A stretch of DNA of 64,000 bases from the human T2T-CHM13v2.0 reference genome, Homo sapiens. Positions 44,371-56,109 of the stretch are shown here, in pieces. Every line of letters starts with the position of its first letter. The first letter of the stretch is position 1. The notes under the pieces were generated by a model. That model worked only from the letters and a program-made list of their open reading frames with translations, ran no database searches and was not told the origin of the DNA. Location: assembly GCF_009914755.1 (NCBI RefSeq), contig NC_060931.1; one strand, 5' to 3'. The position numbers and the translations under genes were made by a program.

Positions 44371-44653
44371 TGCTCTGACAGTTTATACAAAGCCGTTAGC
44401 AGAGACAGACTCTGTTTTCCAACTTTCTTCCTTGTTTGCAGATCAATTATTCCCGCAGAAAATAAAAAGTGACTGGTAATTCCAGTGAGGAGAGACCCAA
44501 CTCTCTGTACAATGGTGTACTCAACAGTTCTAATGCAAGATTACCCTTGGCAATTTTTTCCCCATGGAGTAGCATCAATGCATCATCTAGCCCCACAGGA
44601 GAGAGGGGTAAGTCTAATGATATACCCCACCACATTCTGACATTCTTGCACAC

Positions 44654-45197
44654 TGTGGTAGATTTGCTCACTACATGCCATGCAAGACCCTTGAAGCTTC
44701 CCTTCTTGTGTTTAGAGGTAGAATCTAGAAAGTTAAATATTCATTTTCCAGGCTCCTTCATAGCAGGATTTTCCATGTGACCAAATTTCTATTAAGCAGA
44801 CACGCTTAAATGAGATGTGGAGGTAGACGTGACCAACTAGAAGCAGGGGCCAAATGTGGGGAGATTGGATAGTCCCTCAAGAAAGGGGGCAGAAGTGACT
44901 GGTTTCGGAGGGTCACCTGTGGCGGACCTTCCAGTGTTCAGTTCTAAGCATTATATGTGCTGAACAGACAGTAATTGCAGCAGAAAGGTTTCTGCTAGAT
45001 CAGTGACATGTGGTGTGAGTAGATATTTCTCCCGGATCTGTTGACTTTGGCTGCATTATTCCTGGTCTTGCGGCATCCAAGCGAGATCTTTGGCCCTCCC
45101 GGAGATTCTTTGAACTATATAATACCCTTGAATAGACCTCTTTTGCTTAACGAGCTAGAGTAGATCTCGCTGTATCTAAAAGCTTTTGACAGATACA
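44654..45197 (+). mobile_element. Old ERVL-type LTR (LTR16/40/41 group)
   Basis: TG start, CATTTTCCAGGCTCCTT..CATGTGACC, and GCTTAA..AGCTAGAGTAGAT..GATACA end. Confidence 0.55.
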
Positions 45198-45509
45198 ATG
45201 TTTTAACTAATTTAATTAATCTATATTAATTAAACTCAATCTCTTTTCTTAAGAAATTAAAATCTCAAGTGTCCAACACAATTGTTCACCAATTTATCCC
45301 TGCCAGACTCTGGTAATCATTAAGCAAATTCCAGCTACAATCTTTCAGTCAAGCAATGAACCTTTCCCAGAGTAATACTGCCTCCATCTCCAGGAAAGCT
45401 AAATTCCAGATGTGCACATTTCAATTCTTATTTCTGCATAAGAGCATGAATATTCCCTCTTCTTCTTAGTATAAAATATCAAAGTGGATAGCTAAAAGGT
45501 CTCCTCAGA

Positions 45510-45806
45510 ATTTTTTTTTTTTTTTTTTTTTTTTACTTTAAGTTCTAGGGTACATGTGCACAACGTGCAGGTTTGTTACGTATGTATACGTGTGCCATGT
45601 TGGTGTGCTGCACCCATTAACTTGTCATTTACATTAGGCATATCTCCTAATGCTATCCCTCCCCCCTCCTCCCACCCCACAACAAGCCCCGGTGTGTGAT
45701 GTCCCCCTTCCTGTGTCCAAGTGTTCTCATTGTTCAATTCCCACTTATGAGTGAGAACATGCGATGTTTGGTTTTTTTTGTCCTTGCAATAGTTTGCTGA
45801 GAATGA
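45510..45806 (-). mobile_element. L1PA5-type 3' fragment, sense to PTN
   Basis: Poly(T) plus L1 3'UTR. TSD TCTC(C/T)TCAGA at 45500-45509 and 45807-45816. Confidence 0.9.
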
Positions 45807-46433
45807 TCTCTTCAGATTAAGTGGGATTCCAACCCAAGAGAATCTTCAAACAAGGGTTTCCAACTTCACATCTAGTATCATCAAAATTGCAGACTGAGGC
45901 TAGAGTGTGGAATCTGTTCAACATTGACATAGCAATAGGAAGGATTGCTTCTATACCTCAAGAAGTAATGCTGTTAGAATGGACTATGATGAATTTTAAG
46001 GCAATTTTTAACCAAACTCTGCGGGATATTTAGTAATTCCCTGGTGTTTGGATAGCAACTCTCGATATTAAGCCTCCTAACCAAGTCACTTAATCTTTTA
46101 GCCTTATTATTACCAATCAAATAGCAAAGACATTCTCCAGCCTTTCCTCAATTTAATGTTGGGTATTCACAGACTTGCCAACATCTTTATGTTTCATTCT
46201 AAAATGTAAAGAGTATGATTTTCACACTGAAACCAAGTGGTTTGCATATTAATCCACGGCCATTTCCCAAAACAAAAGTGGTCAGGAAGTAAGCAAAGAA
46301 GTTCTCTAAAATGAAAACAAGCAAATATCAAACAAACAAAACAGATCCTGATCATATGTTTGATTAGAATGATAAAGACAGGAAAAGAAGGCACTTTCTG
46401 ACGAAGAGCTGAGTGACTAGATTATACGTAATA

Positions 46434-47601
46434 CAGTTACGCACCACATAGCAATGTTTCAACCAATGATGGACCACATATAGAACTGTGTTCCCATTAG
46501 GGTACAGTAGAGCTGAGGAATTCCTATCACTGATTAACATTGGAAGGCAGCACATTACTCACATGTCTGTGGTGATGCGGATGTAAATAAACTTACTGCA
46601 CTGCTAGTCTTATAAAAGTGTAACACAGACAATTATGTATAGTCATAATACTTGAGAGTGATAATAAATGGCTATGTTACTGGTTTATGTATTTACTATA
46701 CAATACTTTTAATCATTATTTTAGAGTGTATTCCTTCTTCTTAGTAAAAAAAAAAAGTTAACTGTAAAACAGCTTCAGACAAGTCCTTCTGGAGGTATTC
46801 CAGGAGGAGGCATTGTTATCATAGGAGATGATGTGTTACTGTCCCTGAAGACCTTCCAGTGGGACAAGATGTGGAGGTGGAAGACAGTGATGTTGATGAA
46901 CCTGACCCTGTGTAGACCTAGGCTAATCTGTGTGTGTCTTAGTTTTAACAAAAAGTTTTAAAAAATTAAAAATGCTTATGGAATAAAGATATAAGGAAAG
47001 AATACGTTTGTTATAGCTATGCAATGTTTTTGAACTTTAAGTCTTATTTTAAAAGAGTCAAAAGTTAAAATAAATTTAAAAGTTTATAAACTAAAATAGT
47101 TACCGTAAGCTAAGGTTCATTTACTGTTGGAGAAAGAAAAATATCTTCTCATAAATTTAGTGTAGCTTAAGTGTACTGTGTTTATAGAGTCTATGGTATT
47201 GTACACTAATGTCCTATGCCTTCACATTCACTCACTGTTCATTCAGTGACTCACCCAGAGCAACTTCCAGTCCTGCAAGCTCCATTCACGGTAAGTGCCC
47301 TACAGAGATGTACCATTTTTTTCTTTTATACCATATTTTTACTATATCTTTTCAATAATTAGACATGTTCAGATACACAAATACCTATCATTGTGTTACA
47401 ATAACCTACAGTATTCAGTACAGTAACATGCTGTATAGATTTGCAGCCTAGGAGCAATCGGCTATACCTTACAGCCTAGGGGCACAGTAGGCTACACATC
47501 TACACTTGTATAAGTGCACCCTATGATGTTCACACGAGAATGAAATCACCTAAGGATACATTTCTTAGAACATATCCCTGTTGTTAAGTGACACATGACT
47601 G
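46434..47601 (-). mobile_element. Tigger3b-like non-autonomous Tc1/mariner element
   Basis: 1168 bp with degenerate terminal inverted repeats (CAGTTACGCACCACATA / TAAGTGACACATGACTG) and TA on both sides. Confidence 0.88.
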
Positions 47602-47934
47602 TAATTAAACTCATATTTTGAAAACCACTGATTTTCCTCATGACTGCAATGCCCTTTACTGATCACTATAAAAATTCCCTTTCCTATAATTCTCATGTTT
47701 GAAATAAGGCAGAAAAATGACATCAAAAGAGAACAAAACCTGGAACTGACTCCACTACCAGAAAACGGAATGGACATGCATAAGTCATTGATTTTCTCTG
47801 TCCTCATTTGTTATGTGGATATTAGATCAGACATTAGGCAAGGTCCCCAGAAGCTCAACCCTTTAAAGCTTCTAGACATAAAGATTCATCTAATAAATGT
47901 GACCAGCGTTGCATGGGTTTATAATACCAAGAAG

Positions 47935-48150
47935 GAGCATCGTGCAGTTGAAAAGGCAGTGGGTCTTTTGTATCAGTCTGACTTTAAATTTGAATCTGGT
48001 TGCACTGCTTGCAAGCTGTGAAACCTCAAATGAGTTGCCTAACATTTCTGAGCCTATGCTTTTTCATATATAAAGTAGGATAAATAAAATGTATGCTTAA
48101 AGTTGCTTTAAGGCTTAAATTAAATGACTAGGAGCTCCTACCCCAGTGTC
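47935..48150 (+). mobile_element. MIR
   Basis: TTTGAATCTGG..GCTGTGA..TTTCTGAGCCT..TAAAGTAGGATAA. Confidence 0.6.
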
Positions 48151-48305
48151 CAATTCAAAATTAGTGAGTTCCCTACTTCTATCTCCTTCACATATTGAAT
48201 TAACATAAGAAAAAATGTTGATGATGTACTCTTTCCTGAAGGAAGAAAATAATTTATAAATGCATCATTTTGAGAAAAGTTTAGTTAAATGACTACTGCA
48301 GCTTC

Positions 48306-48950
48306 CACCCAAAATAAAGGGAATCAGTATATTGAAAAGATATCTGTACCCCTATGTTTGTTGCAGCACTGTCTATGATAGCTAAGATTTGGAAGCAACG
48401 TAAGTGGCCATCAACGGATGAACAGATAAAGAAAATGTGGTACATATACATAACGGAGTACAATTCAGCCATTAAAATGAATGAGATTCAGTCATTTGCA
48501 ACAACATGGATAGAAATGGAGATCATTAGGTTAAGTAAAATAAGACAGGCACAGAAAGAGAAACATTGCGTGTACTCACTTATTTGTGGGATCTAAAATC
48601 GAAACAAACTCAAGGACATAGAGAGTAGAAGGATGGTTAACAGAGGTTGGGAAGGGTAGTGATGGGTGGTTGGGATGGTTAATGGGTACAAAAAAATAGA
48701 AAGAATGAATAAGACCTACTATTTGATAGCACAACAGGGTGACTATATAGTCAATAATAAGTGTATATTTTAAAATAACGCAAAGAGTGTGATTAGGTTG
48801 TTTGTTACTCCAAGGATAAATGCTTGAGGGGATGGACACTGCATTCTCCATAATATGCTTATTTCATATTGCAGGCCTGTATCAAAACATCTCATGTACC
48901 ACATAAATATATACACCTACCACATATCCACAAAAATTAAAAAGAAAAAA
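48306..48950 (+). mobile_element. L1MA1/2-type 3' end
   Basis: ORF2 C-terminal remnant (ORF 48354..48596), 3'UTR AAGACCTACTATTTGATAGCACAACAGGG, and an A-tail. Confidence 0.85.
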
Positions 48951-49539
48951 GACAACATTCACCTTCTCCTATTTCAAAGGAAATTAAAACCCATGGAGGT
49001 TAGTTCATACCCCTTTGTGATTTAGGTGAGAAATCAGCAGAATACAAAAGATGACATGAATTTAGAGTTAGACAAATCTTGGCACTGTCATTTATTAGAG
49101 ATATACTCCTGGTCAAGTAAATTAACCAGTGTTCCTCAGTTTCCTTTATAATAATACCCACCCGCAAGGATATATGGGACTTTATAAGTTACCATATGGA
49201 AAACACCTAGAGCAATGTATAGAGTAGAAACTGAATAATGATAATGATAGTATAGATTCCATTCATTACTATTTGCTTTCCCATTGATTAGTAGAATGTA
49301 AGCTATCTTAAAATTAGAGACGTGCAAAGGAAAAGCTATAATATCTATCCAAGTTTATTTGAGAAAAATAGTACAAAAATAAATACAACTTACATATGCC
49401 ACTCGTTACATTTTGGTTTAAACTAGGAAAAATATGCCATGGAATGTGTGTGTGTGTGTGAGTGTGTCTGTGTCCCCTACAAAGATTTTATATCTGACAC
49501 ATCTCCCTGGTTCAACTCCTAAAATAAGAATATTCTTTT

Positions 49540-49830
49540 TTCCAGGCACAGTGGCTCATGCCTTTAATCCCAGCACTTTGGGAGGCCAAGGCGGGTGTAT
49601 CATTTGAGGTCTGGAGTTCAAGACCAGCCTGACCAACATGATGAAATGCTGTCTCTACTAAAAAGACAGAAAAATTAGCTGGGCGCATGCCCATAATCCC
49701 AGCTACTCAGGAGGCTGAGGCAGGAGAATCACTTGAACCCAGGAGGCGGAGTTTGCAGTGGGCCGAGATCGCCTCACTGCCCTCCAGCACGGGTGACAGA
49801 GTGAGACTCTGTATCAAAAAGAAAAAAGAA
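49540..49830 (+). mobile_element. AluS
   Basis: Dimeric Alu with a small deletion at the start of the right arm. TSD-like AAGAA..ATTCTTTTT on both sides. Confidence 0.93.
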
Positions 49831-50404
49831 ATCATTCTTTTTGCAGAGTGTCTCAGTGCCAAACAGCATTTATAAGACTCTCCACTGCTGAGATGGAAAA
49901 GATTGGTTAGTTATAACAAAGGTATATTATACACAAAGGGAAGGATGAATTTTAATGACCTGTAAATTGCATAACTGGTAGTTTGAAACATAGAATCACT
50001 CATAGTAATCATATTTTCAATTAATTATATCAATTAATTATATACCATAATTTATTTACGTATGAATATTACAGAATGTCTATCCACTTGAAATATTTTT
50101 AGTGTCATTTTTTCAAGCTGAAAGCCTGAAACAAACTTAACCTTCATTACATGTTATTAGATGAGATACTGTATAAAGGTGAAATATACACCAGTTCAGG
50201 TAAAAGGAAGACTTCACTTATTTCCTAAATATCGTTTAGGGTTCTATCTTAATCATGTTCCCTGCTGTGTCCCATTTATTCCAAACTTTTCAACATTTTA
50301 TGTGTTCACCCAGCCCCACCATCTTCCACCTAATCATGTCCCCACTTTTTCTCCCTTATTATAAAGTTGAATTTTCTCTTTCCCATAGGAAAGAACAGGA
50401 CAGT

Positions 50405-50407
<3 letters not shown>

Positions 50408-50445
<38 letters not shown>

Positions 50446-50465
50446 ATGTGTATGCATGTGTGTGT
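50408..50465. repeat. (GT)n microsatellite
   Basis: Read directly. Confidence 0.95.
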
Positions 50466-50495
50466 GGTCTCTTGTCAATGGATTCCATACTAGAG

Positions 50496-50658
50496 CAGTA
50501 GTTCTCAATTTTGGCTGCATCATGAAACCTTCTGAGATGCATTCACAATTTTTAAACTACTGATGCTGATTGGGTTAGTCTGTGCTATACTTGGGCACTG
50601 GGAGTTTTGCAAGTTCCCACAGAATATTCTAATGTGAAGCCCAGGTTGAGCATCACTG
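50496..50658. mobile_element. MER5-type hAT-Charlie MITE
   Basis: CAGTAGTTCTCAA...TTGAGCATCACTG terminal repeats. 8-bp TSD TACTAGAG/TGCTAGAA. Confidence 0.75.
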
Positions 50659-51307
50659 TGCTAGAATGTGGAAGCTTCTTTAATTTCTTTTCCTTTCAAT
50701 TCTGTATTTATGCTGAATATTTTGGTTCTACAGCTGGACTAAAAATAAATTATTTTGACTACAGTAACTCTGAGTTTTGCCATTTTTGGAAATGTTTCAC
50801 TTGGTAGATAGGGCACTGATTTTGCTTAGATTTATGTGGTTGTCTCTGGACAAATGACATTTGGGAAGTCTGCATAAGTACTCACTGCAGTCACTCCAGC
50901 CCTGCTTCATGCCTTCCAAAAACCATATGACAACAGGCAGAGATTTCCATGATCTGGAAAGGGCAGCCTGAACCCTAGACTCACCACCTGCAGGTCCAGC
51001 CTGTACCTGGCCATCCTGAAGTTGGAGATAACTATTTCTATGGACAACTCCAGCAGTGGCCAAAAAGCCAGGCCTGTGAAAAATAAAGTCCTTTCTGGCC
51101 ACCAGCAGGAAACCAGCCAATCTCCATCACCTTCTGCAGATTTTTTTTTTCTACTTTTATTTATTATGAGCATTTCTTACATGGTCATTTTTCTGAATCT
51201 CTCCTTACAATTTCTCTGGCAGTATGAATTTTCAGGACCACCTTAGAGTTAAAATATATGAGTAGAGGCCAAGAAGGTATTTGAATTTAGAGTTCATTGA
51301 GTCCCAT

Positions 51308-51696
51308 TGTATTAGTTGGCTATAGCTCCTATAACAAAGTACCACAGAGTTGGTGGCTTAAACAACAGAAATTTATTTATTTATTGTCTTGCAGTTCTGG
51401 AAGCTACAAGCCTAAGATCAAGGCATCTGTAGGGCTGATTTCTTCTGAAGGTTCTCCCTATGGCTTGTAGATGGCATTCTTCTCCCTCTGTCTTCACACA
51501 GTCTTCTCTCTATGTATTTCTGTGTCCTAATCTCCCTTCTTATAAACACACCAGCTGCACTGGATTAGGGCCTACCCTTGTGACTGCATTTTATCTCAAT
51601 TACCTCTTTAAAGACCCTGTCTCCAATACAGTGACATTGTGAGGGGGTTAAAACTTCAGCATATGAATTTGGGAAAACACAATTCAGACAATAACA
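51308..51696 (-). mobile_element. MLT1A0-like LTR, sense to PTN
   Basis: TGTATTAG..ATAACAAAGTACCACAGA..ATAACA. TSD CCCAT/TCCAT. Confidence 0.85.
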
Positions 51697-52365
51697 TCCA
51701 TGATGAAAGAGTTTATTTCCCTCAGTTGGGATCCTTGTATGTATGAATTCATGGCCATAATGATTGTTTTTACCTTCTCCAGCAAGAGAGCAGAGCCTGA
51801 CTTTCTGGGAGATACAGATCTCTGTCATTTAAAAATTCTGTGATGAATGTAGTTGGTAACCAAATTGAACTCAAAAAATATAAAGGCTCTGAAAACAAAT
51901 GCAGAACCCATTAAGTTATGCAGTGAATAAAGGGAAAATGTAAAATAATTTTCCTGATTTTGTGAAAACTATATTTCAGATAATCTGGGAGAAGTTTGAT
52001 TTAAAATTGTCTCCGTCATAAACATTCTGAGTTTGTTTTTCTTGTCAGGATACAGTTCCAATTAAGAGTGTGGAATATATGGTCATCATACAACTGTCTT
52101 TGCTGGTTTCTTTTGCTATGTTATTTATTTGGGTTAGGAGACTGTACCAATCCCCTCATCTATGCAGAGGACTTCAATTTGCACTCACAGGCTGCCTGCT
52201 TCAAAGTATTTTTAAAGTATTTTTGTGACTCTCAGTGTAGGGGAGTTTTTCAGTCACTTTCTTAAGGTAATTCACCTAATATTTCCTTCTGGAAAATGTG
52301 GGTTTTCCAGATCTTACCTGAGTCCATCAATCCATTAAAATTGTGGTATAATGGCAAGGACTTAC

Positions 52366-52527
52366 CTTGAGGTTTGGGCTTGGTCAGTTTGCCACAGGGC
52401 TTGGAGATGGTGACAGTCTTCTGGCATTCGGCATTGTGCAGGGCTCGCTTCAGACTTCCAGTTCTGGTCTTCAGGGCTGTGTTCAGGTCACATTCTCCCC
52501 AGGCCTGGAACTGGTATTTGCACTCCG
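52366..52527 (-). CDS. PTN: Pleiotrophin coding exon 3 (C-terminal beta-sheet/TSR-like domain)
   Basis: [54 protein letters not shown], inside ORF 52262..52732. AG at 52528-52529, donor AAG|GTAAGT. 162 nt, phase 1-1. Confidence 0.98.
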
Positions 52528-52610
52528 CTAAAGGCAGGGTAGAACCAAACAGAAATCCTTGAAAGATCCTATCGTACTTCCAGGATAATAAAGGCACACT
52601 TTTGTTTGTA

Positions 52611-53620
52611 ACTTTTTTATTGAAATAATTATAGATCCATATGCAGCTATAAGAAATAATACAGAGTGTATGCGTGTGTATTGATTTCTGTTCAATTCTA
52701 TCACATGTGTAGATGCATACGATCACCATCAATATACACCATTAATACACACTAATATACACTATTAATATACAGTCCCAATACAACAGTGGGTCATTCT
52801 TTATAGTCATGGCCTAGCCACCTTCCTCCTTCCCCACCTCCTTAATCCCCGGCAACTCCTTATCTGTTCTCTAGCTCTATCATTTTTCTAGCTTAAAAAT
52901 GTTGCATAAATGGAATTCTACAATATGTAAACTTCTGAGATTGGCTTTTTTATTTAGCATAATTTCCTGAAGATCCATCCAAGTCATGTGCATCAATAGT
53001 CTGTTTCTTCCTATTGCTGAGTAGTATTCCATGGTCCCAATGTACCCCAGTTTGTTTAACCATTCATCAGCTGAAGGACATCCGAGTTGTTACCAGCCTT
53101 GGGTTACTACAAATAGAACTGCTATATAAATTCATGTATAGGTTTTTGTGGAAACATCAGTTTTCATTTCTCTGAGATAAATTACCAAGAAACTGCTGTG
53201 TTACATGGTAAATGCATGTTTCATTTCGTAAAAAACTGCAATACTCTTTTTCCACTGTGGCTGTACCACCTTACAATTTCCACTGGCAACATATGAGGGA
53301 TCTGGTTTCTTGGCACCCTCACTAGCATTTCGTCTTGTCACTATTTTTTATTCTAGCCACTTTGATAGATGTAGAGTGATATCTCATTATGGTTTCAATT
53401 TCTAGTTCCCTAATAAGGAAAAGATGCTGAATATATTTTCAGGAGTTCATTTGTTGCCTATATATCCTCTTTGGTAAAATGTCTGTTAATGTTTTTTCCC
53501 CACTTTCTTATTGAACTGTTAGGTTTTGTTTGTTTTGTTTTTTGTTGTTGTTGTTTTGTTGTTTACTGTTGAGTTTGAGAGTTATTTAATATTCTCAATG
53601 TAAGTCTTTAAGATATACCT
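52611..53620 (-). mobile_element. L1MB-type 3' fragment in a PTN intron
   Basis: Antisense L1MB 3'UTR (TTTTATTGAAATAATTATAGATCC..AAGAAATAATACAGAG) plus an ORF2-end remnant. Confidence 0.8.
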
Positions 53621-54265
53621 TTTAAACTTTTTGTAAGTGGGTTTTTAAGGTGCCCATATACAATTTAAGACCAAATGTACCTGTTCTCCATCACACTTTT
53701 ATAGAACTTGTCTATATCCATTCAAATAAAAAATACCCCAAAGATTACAGAGGGAGAAAAAGACATACATGTATACATCCATTATCCTTCCTCACTTGTC
53801 TATGGGCCACAATGCATTTCCATAGAACACAGATAGGACATTTCAGGCATCATGTCCCACTATGGCTAAGAAAGACAAAAAGTCTGGATTGTGGAAGAGG
53901 TTATTTGAGGGTTCAATACTGGATATAAAGTTGAAAGTGTTGAGAGATCCTGTCTCAGATAGATAGATCAGGCCAGCATAAGACTGACTCCAGTCAGTGG
54001 GAGAAAGATTTATGAAACGTGGCTGTGAGCAGCCCTGCTGAACTCAGTAAGTGAATCTGTGAAACTGTGTGGAGGTTGGGGAGGGATCAAATGGGAGAGA
54101 AGGTCTGAAAGTGACAGGGAGAAACATGGAGAAGCAGGAGAATAAATAAGAAAAGGGGAAAGGAAAAATCAAAGGAACTTAGAAATAGAAGAAAGGAGAG
54201 AGAAGACAGATCAATTAACATTATTCAGAGGAATCAAGGATATATTTTATGTCCCTTTGGAAAGG

Positions 54266-54462
54266 CAGTGGTTCCCAACCAGGGATGATTTTGACCAACA
54301 GGGTACATTTGGCCATAGATATTTGGAGACATTTTTAGTTTTCACATCTGGAGCGGGTGAGGAATGCTACCGGAAACTAGCGAGTAGAAGCCAGCGATGC
54401 TCCTAAATACCCTAAAATGCACAAGACAGCCTCCACAACAAATAATTGCCTGGCCTGAAATG
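54266..54462. mobile_element. MER20 (hAT-Charlie)
   Basis: CAGTGGTTCCCAACCAGGG..TTTGGAGACATTTT..GATGCTCCTAAA..GCACAAGACAGCC. Confidence 0.8.
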
Positions 54463-54599
54463 GGACCAGTCTGGTCACTTTGTGTCTGGTAAGATAAAGT
54501 TATTTAAAATAAAAAGTACTTATCCTTAAAAAGACATTTGGTGGAAAAATTTGAGAATTATCTCAGAGTAGGAGATTAACTCAGTAGCATGAGGCTTAC

Positions 54600-54773
54600 C
54601 GCCAAATTGCTTCTTCCAGTTGCAGGGGATCTTACATCTCTGGGTCTTCATGGTTTGCTTGCACTCAGCTCCAGTCCGAGTGCCCTCCCGTGTGCCCAGC
54701 CCACAGTCTCCACTGGTGGGCACACACACACTCCACTGCCATTCTCCACAGTCAGACTTCTTCACTTTTTTTT
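54600..54773 (-). CDS. PTN: Pleiotrophin coding exon 2 (N-terminal beta-sheet/TSR-like domain)
   Basis: [58 protein letters not shown], inside ORF 54526..54804. AG at 54774-54775, donor GCG|GTAAGC. 174 nt, phase 1-1. Confidence 0.98.
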
Positions 54774-55153
54774 CTGAATGAAAGGAGGAAAACCTAATCA
54801 ACATACAGAAAACTCCTTAACTTCCAGATATAACCAAGTTCATTCCTGAGCACCTTAATTGCAGGATCTGTGTTTTTTAATCTGTATCCTTATTGTCTAA
54901 TGAATAGTAGAAACATGATGAATATTAACCAAATTATTGAACCAATGAATGATCAAGAGAAGAGAGAAAGAAAACTGAGAAAAGAGCTAAAACTAATATT
55001 AATTGAACTCCCTCTTACTATGTGCCAGAGACTGTGCTAAGTGATTTAGTGGCATCTCCTTTTAGAAGCAAACATTTCTATAAAAGAAGAGATGGTCAAA
55101 AATATAGTTCTCCTAAAAATGAAGAAAATATTCTATTAGAAATAACAGTTGTC

Positions 55154-55445
55154 AGCTGGGCAAAGTGGCTCATGCCTGTAATCCCAGCACTTTGGGAGGT
55201 CGAAGCAGGCAGATCACAAGGTCAAAAGATCGAGACCATCCTGGCTAACATGGTGAAACCCCAACTCTACTAAAAATACAAAAATTAGCTGGGCGTGGTG
55301 GTGCATGCCTGCAGCCCCAGCTACTCGGGAAGCTGAGGCAGGAGAATCACTTGAACCGGGAGACAGAGGATACAGTGAGTTGAGATCGCACCACTGCACT
55401 CCAACCTGGTGACAGAGCGAGACTCCAACTCAAAAAAAAAAAAAA
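55154..55445 (+). mobile_element. AluSc
   Basis: Full Alu with AGATCGAGACCATCCTGG. Perfect 16-bp TSD AGAAATAACAGTTGTC at 55138-55153 and 55446-55461. Confidence 0.95.
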
Positions 55446-55994
55446 AGAAATAACAGTTGTCAAATGAGCCATTTCAGTGTAAGTTGTTGTTCCTTTCTCT
55501 GCCTTGTAGAAGGAATGACATCATACAAATATGGTGCATCACAGATTTAAACAGACTGTCAGTTCCACAGCCTACTTATGACTTTGGGAGTGGCATAGAG
55601 AAGGTGCTTTATCTTCTCTGTGCTTGTTTCCTCCTCTGTAAATCTGAAATTAAGGAGAAAAACAAGTTGCAGTGCATTTTTTTTTTTTTGAGGTAGAGAG
55701 GTAAATAATAAAGCACCTGATTACCGGTCAATGTTCTATACATAGTAGCTGCTAATTTGATCATTATATTAATGATCATCATCGTCATGCAATCCAAGAC
55801 TTACAATGGGAGAAAAATAAGACAGGATATTTCTTAGGTTCCTCTAAGTAATTATTTTTGAAAAGGGAAGATTGAAGGAATAGAGGAATAGGAAGGGAGA
55901 GAGGCAGAGTAGAAGAGAGGAAGGAAAAGCAGGTAATTAGACTAGATGGACATTAATCAATGAAGCATCTTGCCTTCAGAACCCTACTGCTTAC

Positions 55995-56109
55995 CTGGTT
56001 TCTCTTTCTTCCCTGCTTCAGCAGTATCCACAGCTGCCAGTATGAAAATGAATGCCAAGAAGGCAGCTGCAAATTTTCGACGCTGCTGCTGGTACTGTTG
56101 AGCCTGCAT
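55995..56109 (-). CDS. PTN: Pleiotrophin first coding exon (signal peptide plus start of the N-terminal basic tail)
   Basis: Reverse complement reads [38 protein letters not shown] plus 1 nt. Acceptor AG at 56111-56112 follows a pyrimidine tract, the exon starts at 56110 and ATG is at 56109. Donor is CAG|GTAAGC. 115 coding nt. Confidence 0.98.

Noticed and set aside
52528-52732. N-terminal extension of the 156-aa ORF (likewise the ends of ORF 54526..54804)
   Set aside because: Intronic or L1 sequence beyond canonical PTN splice sites.
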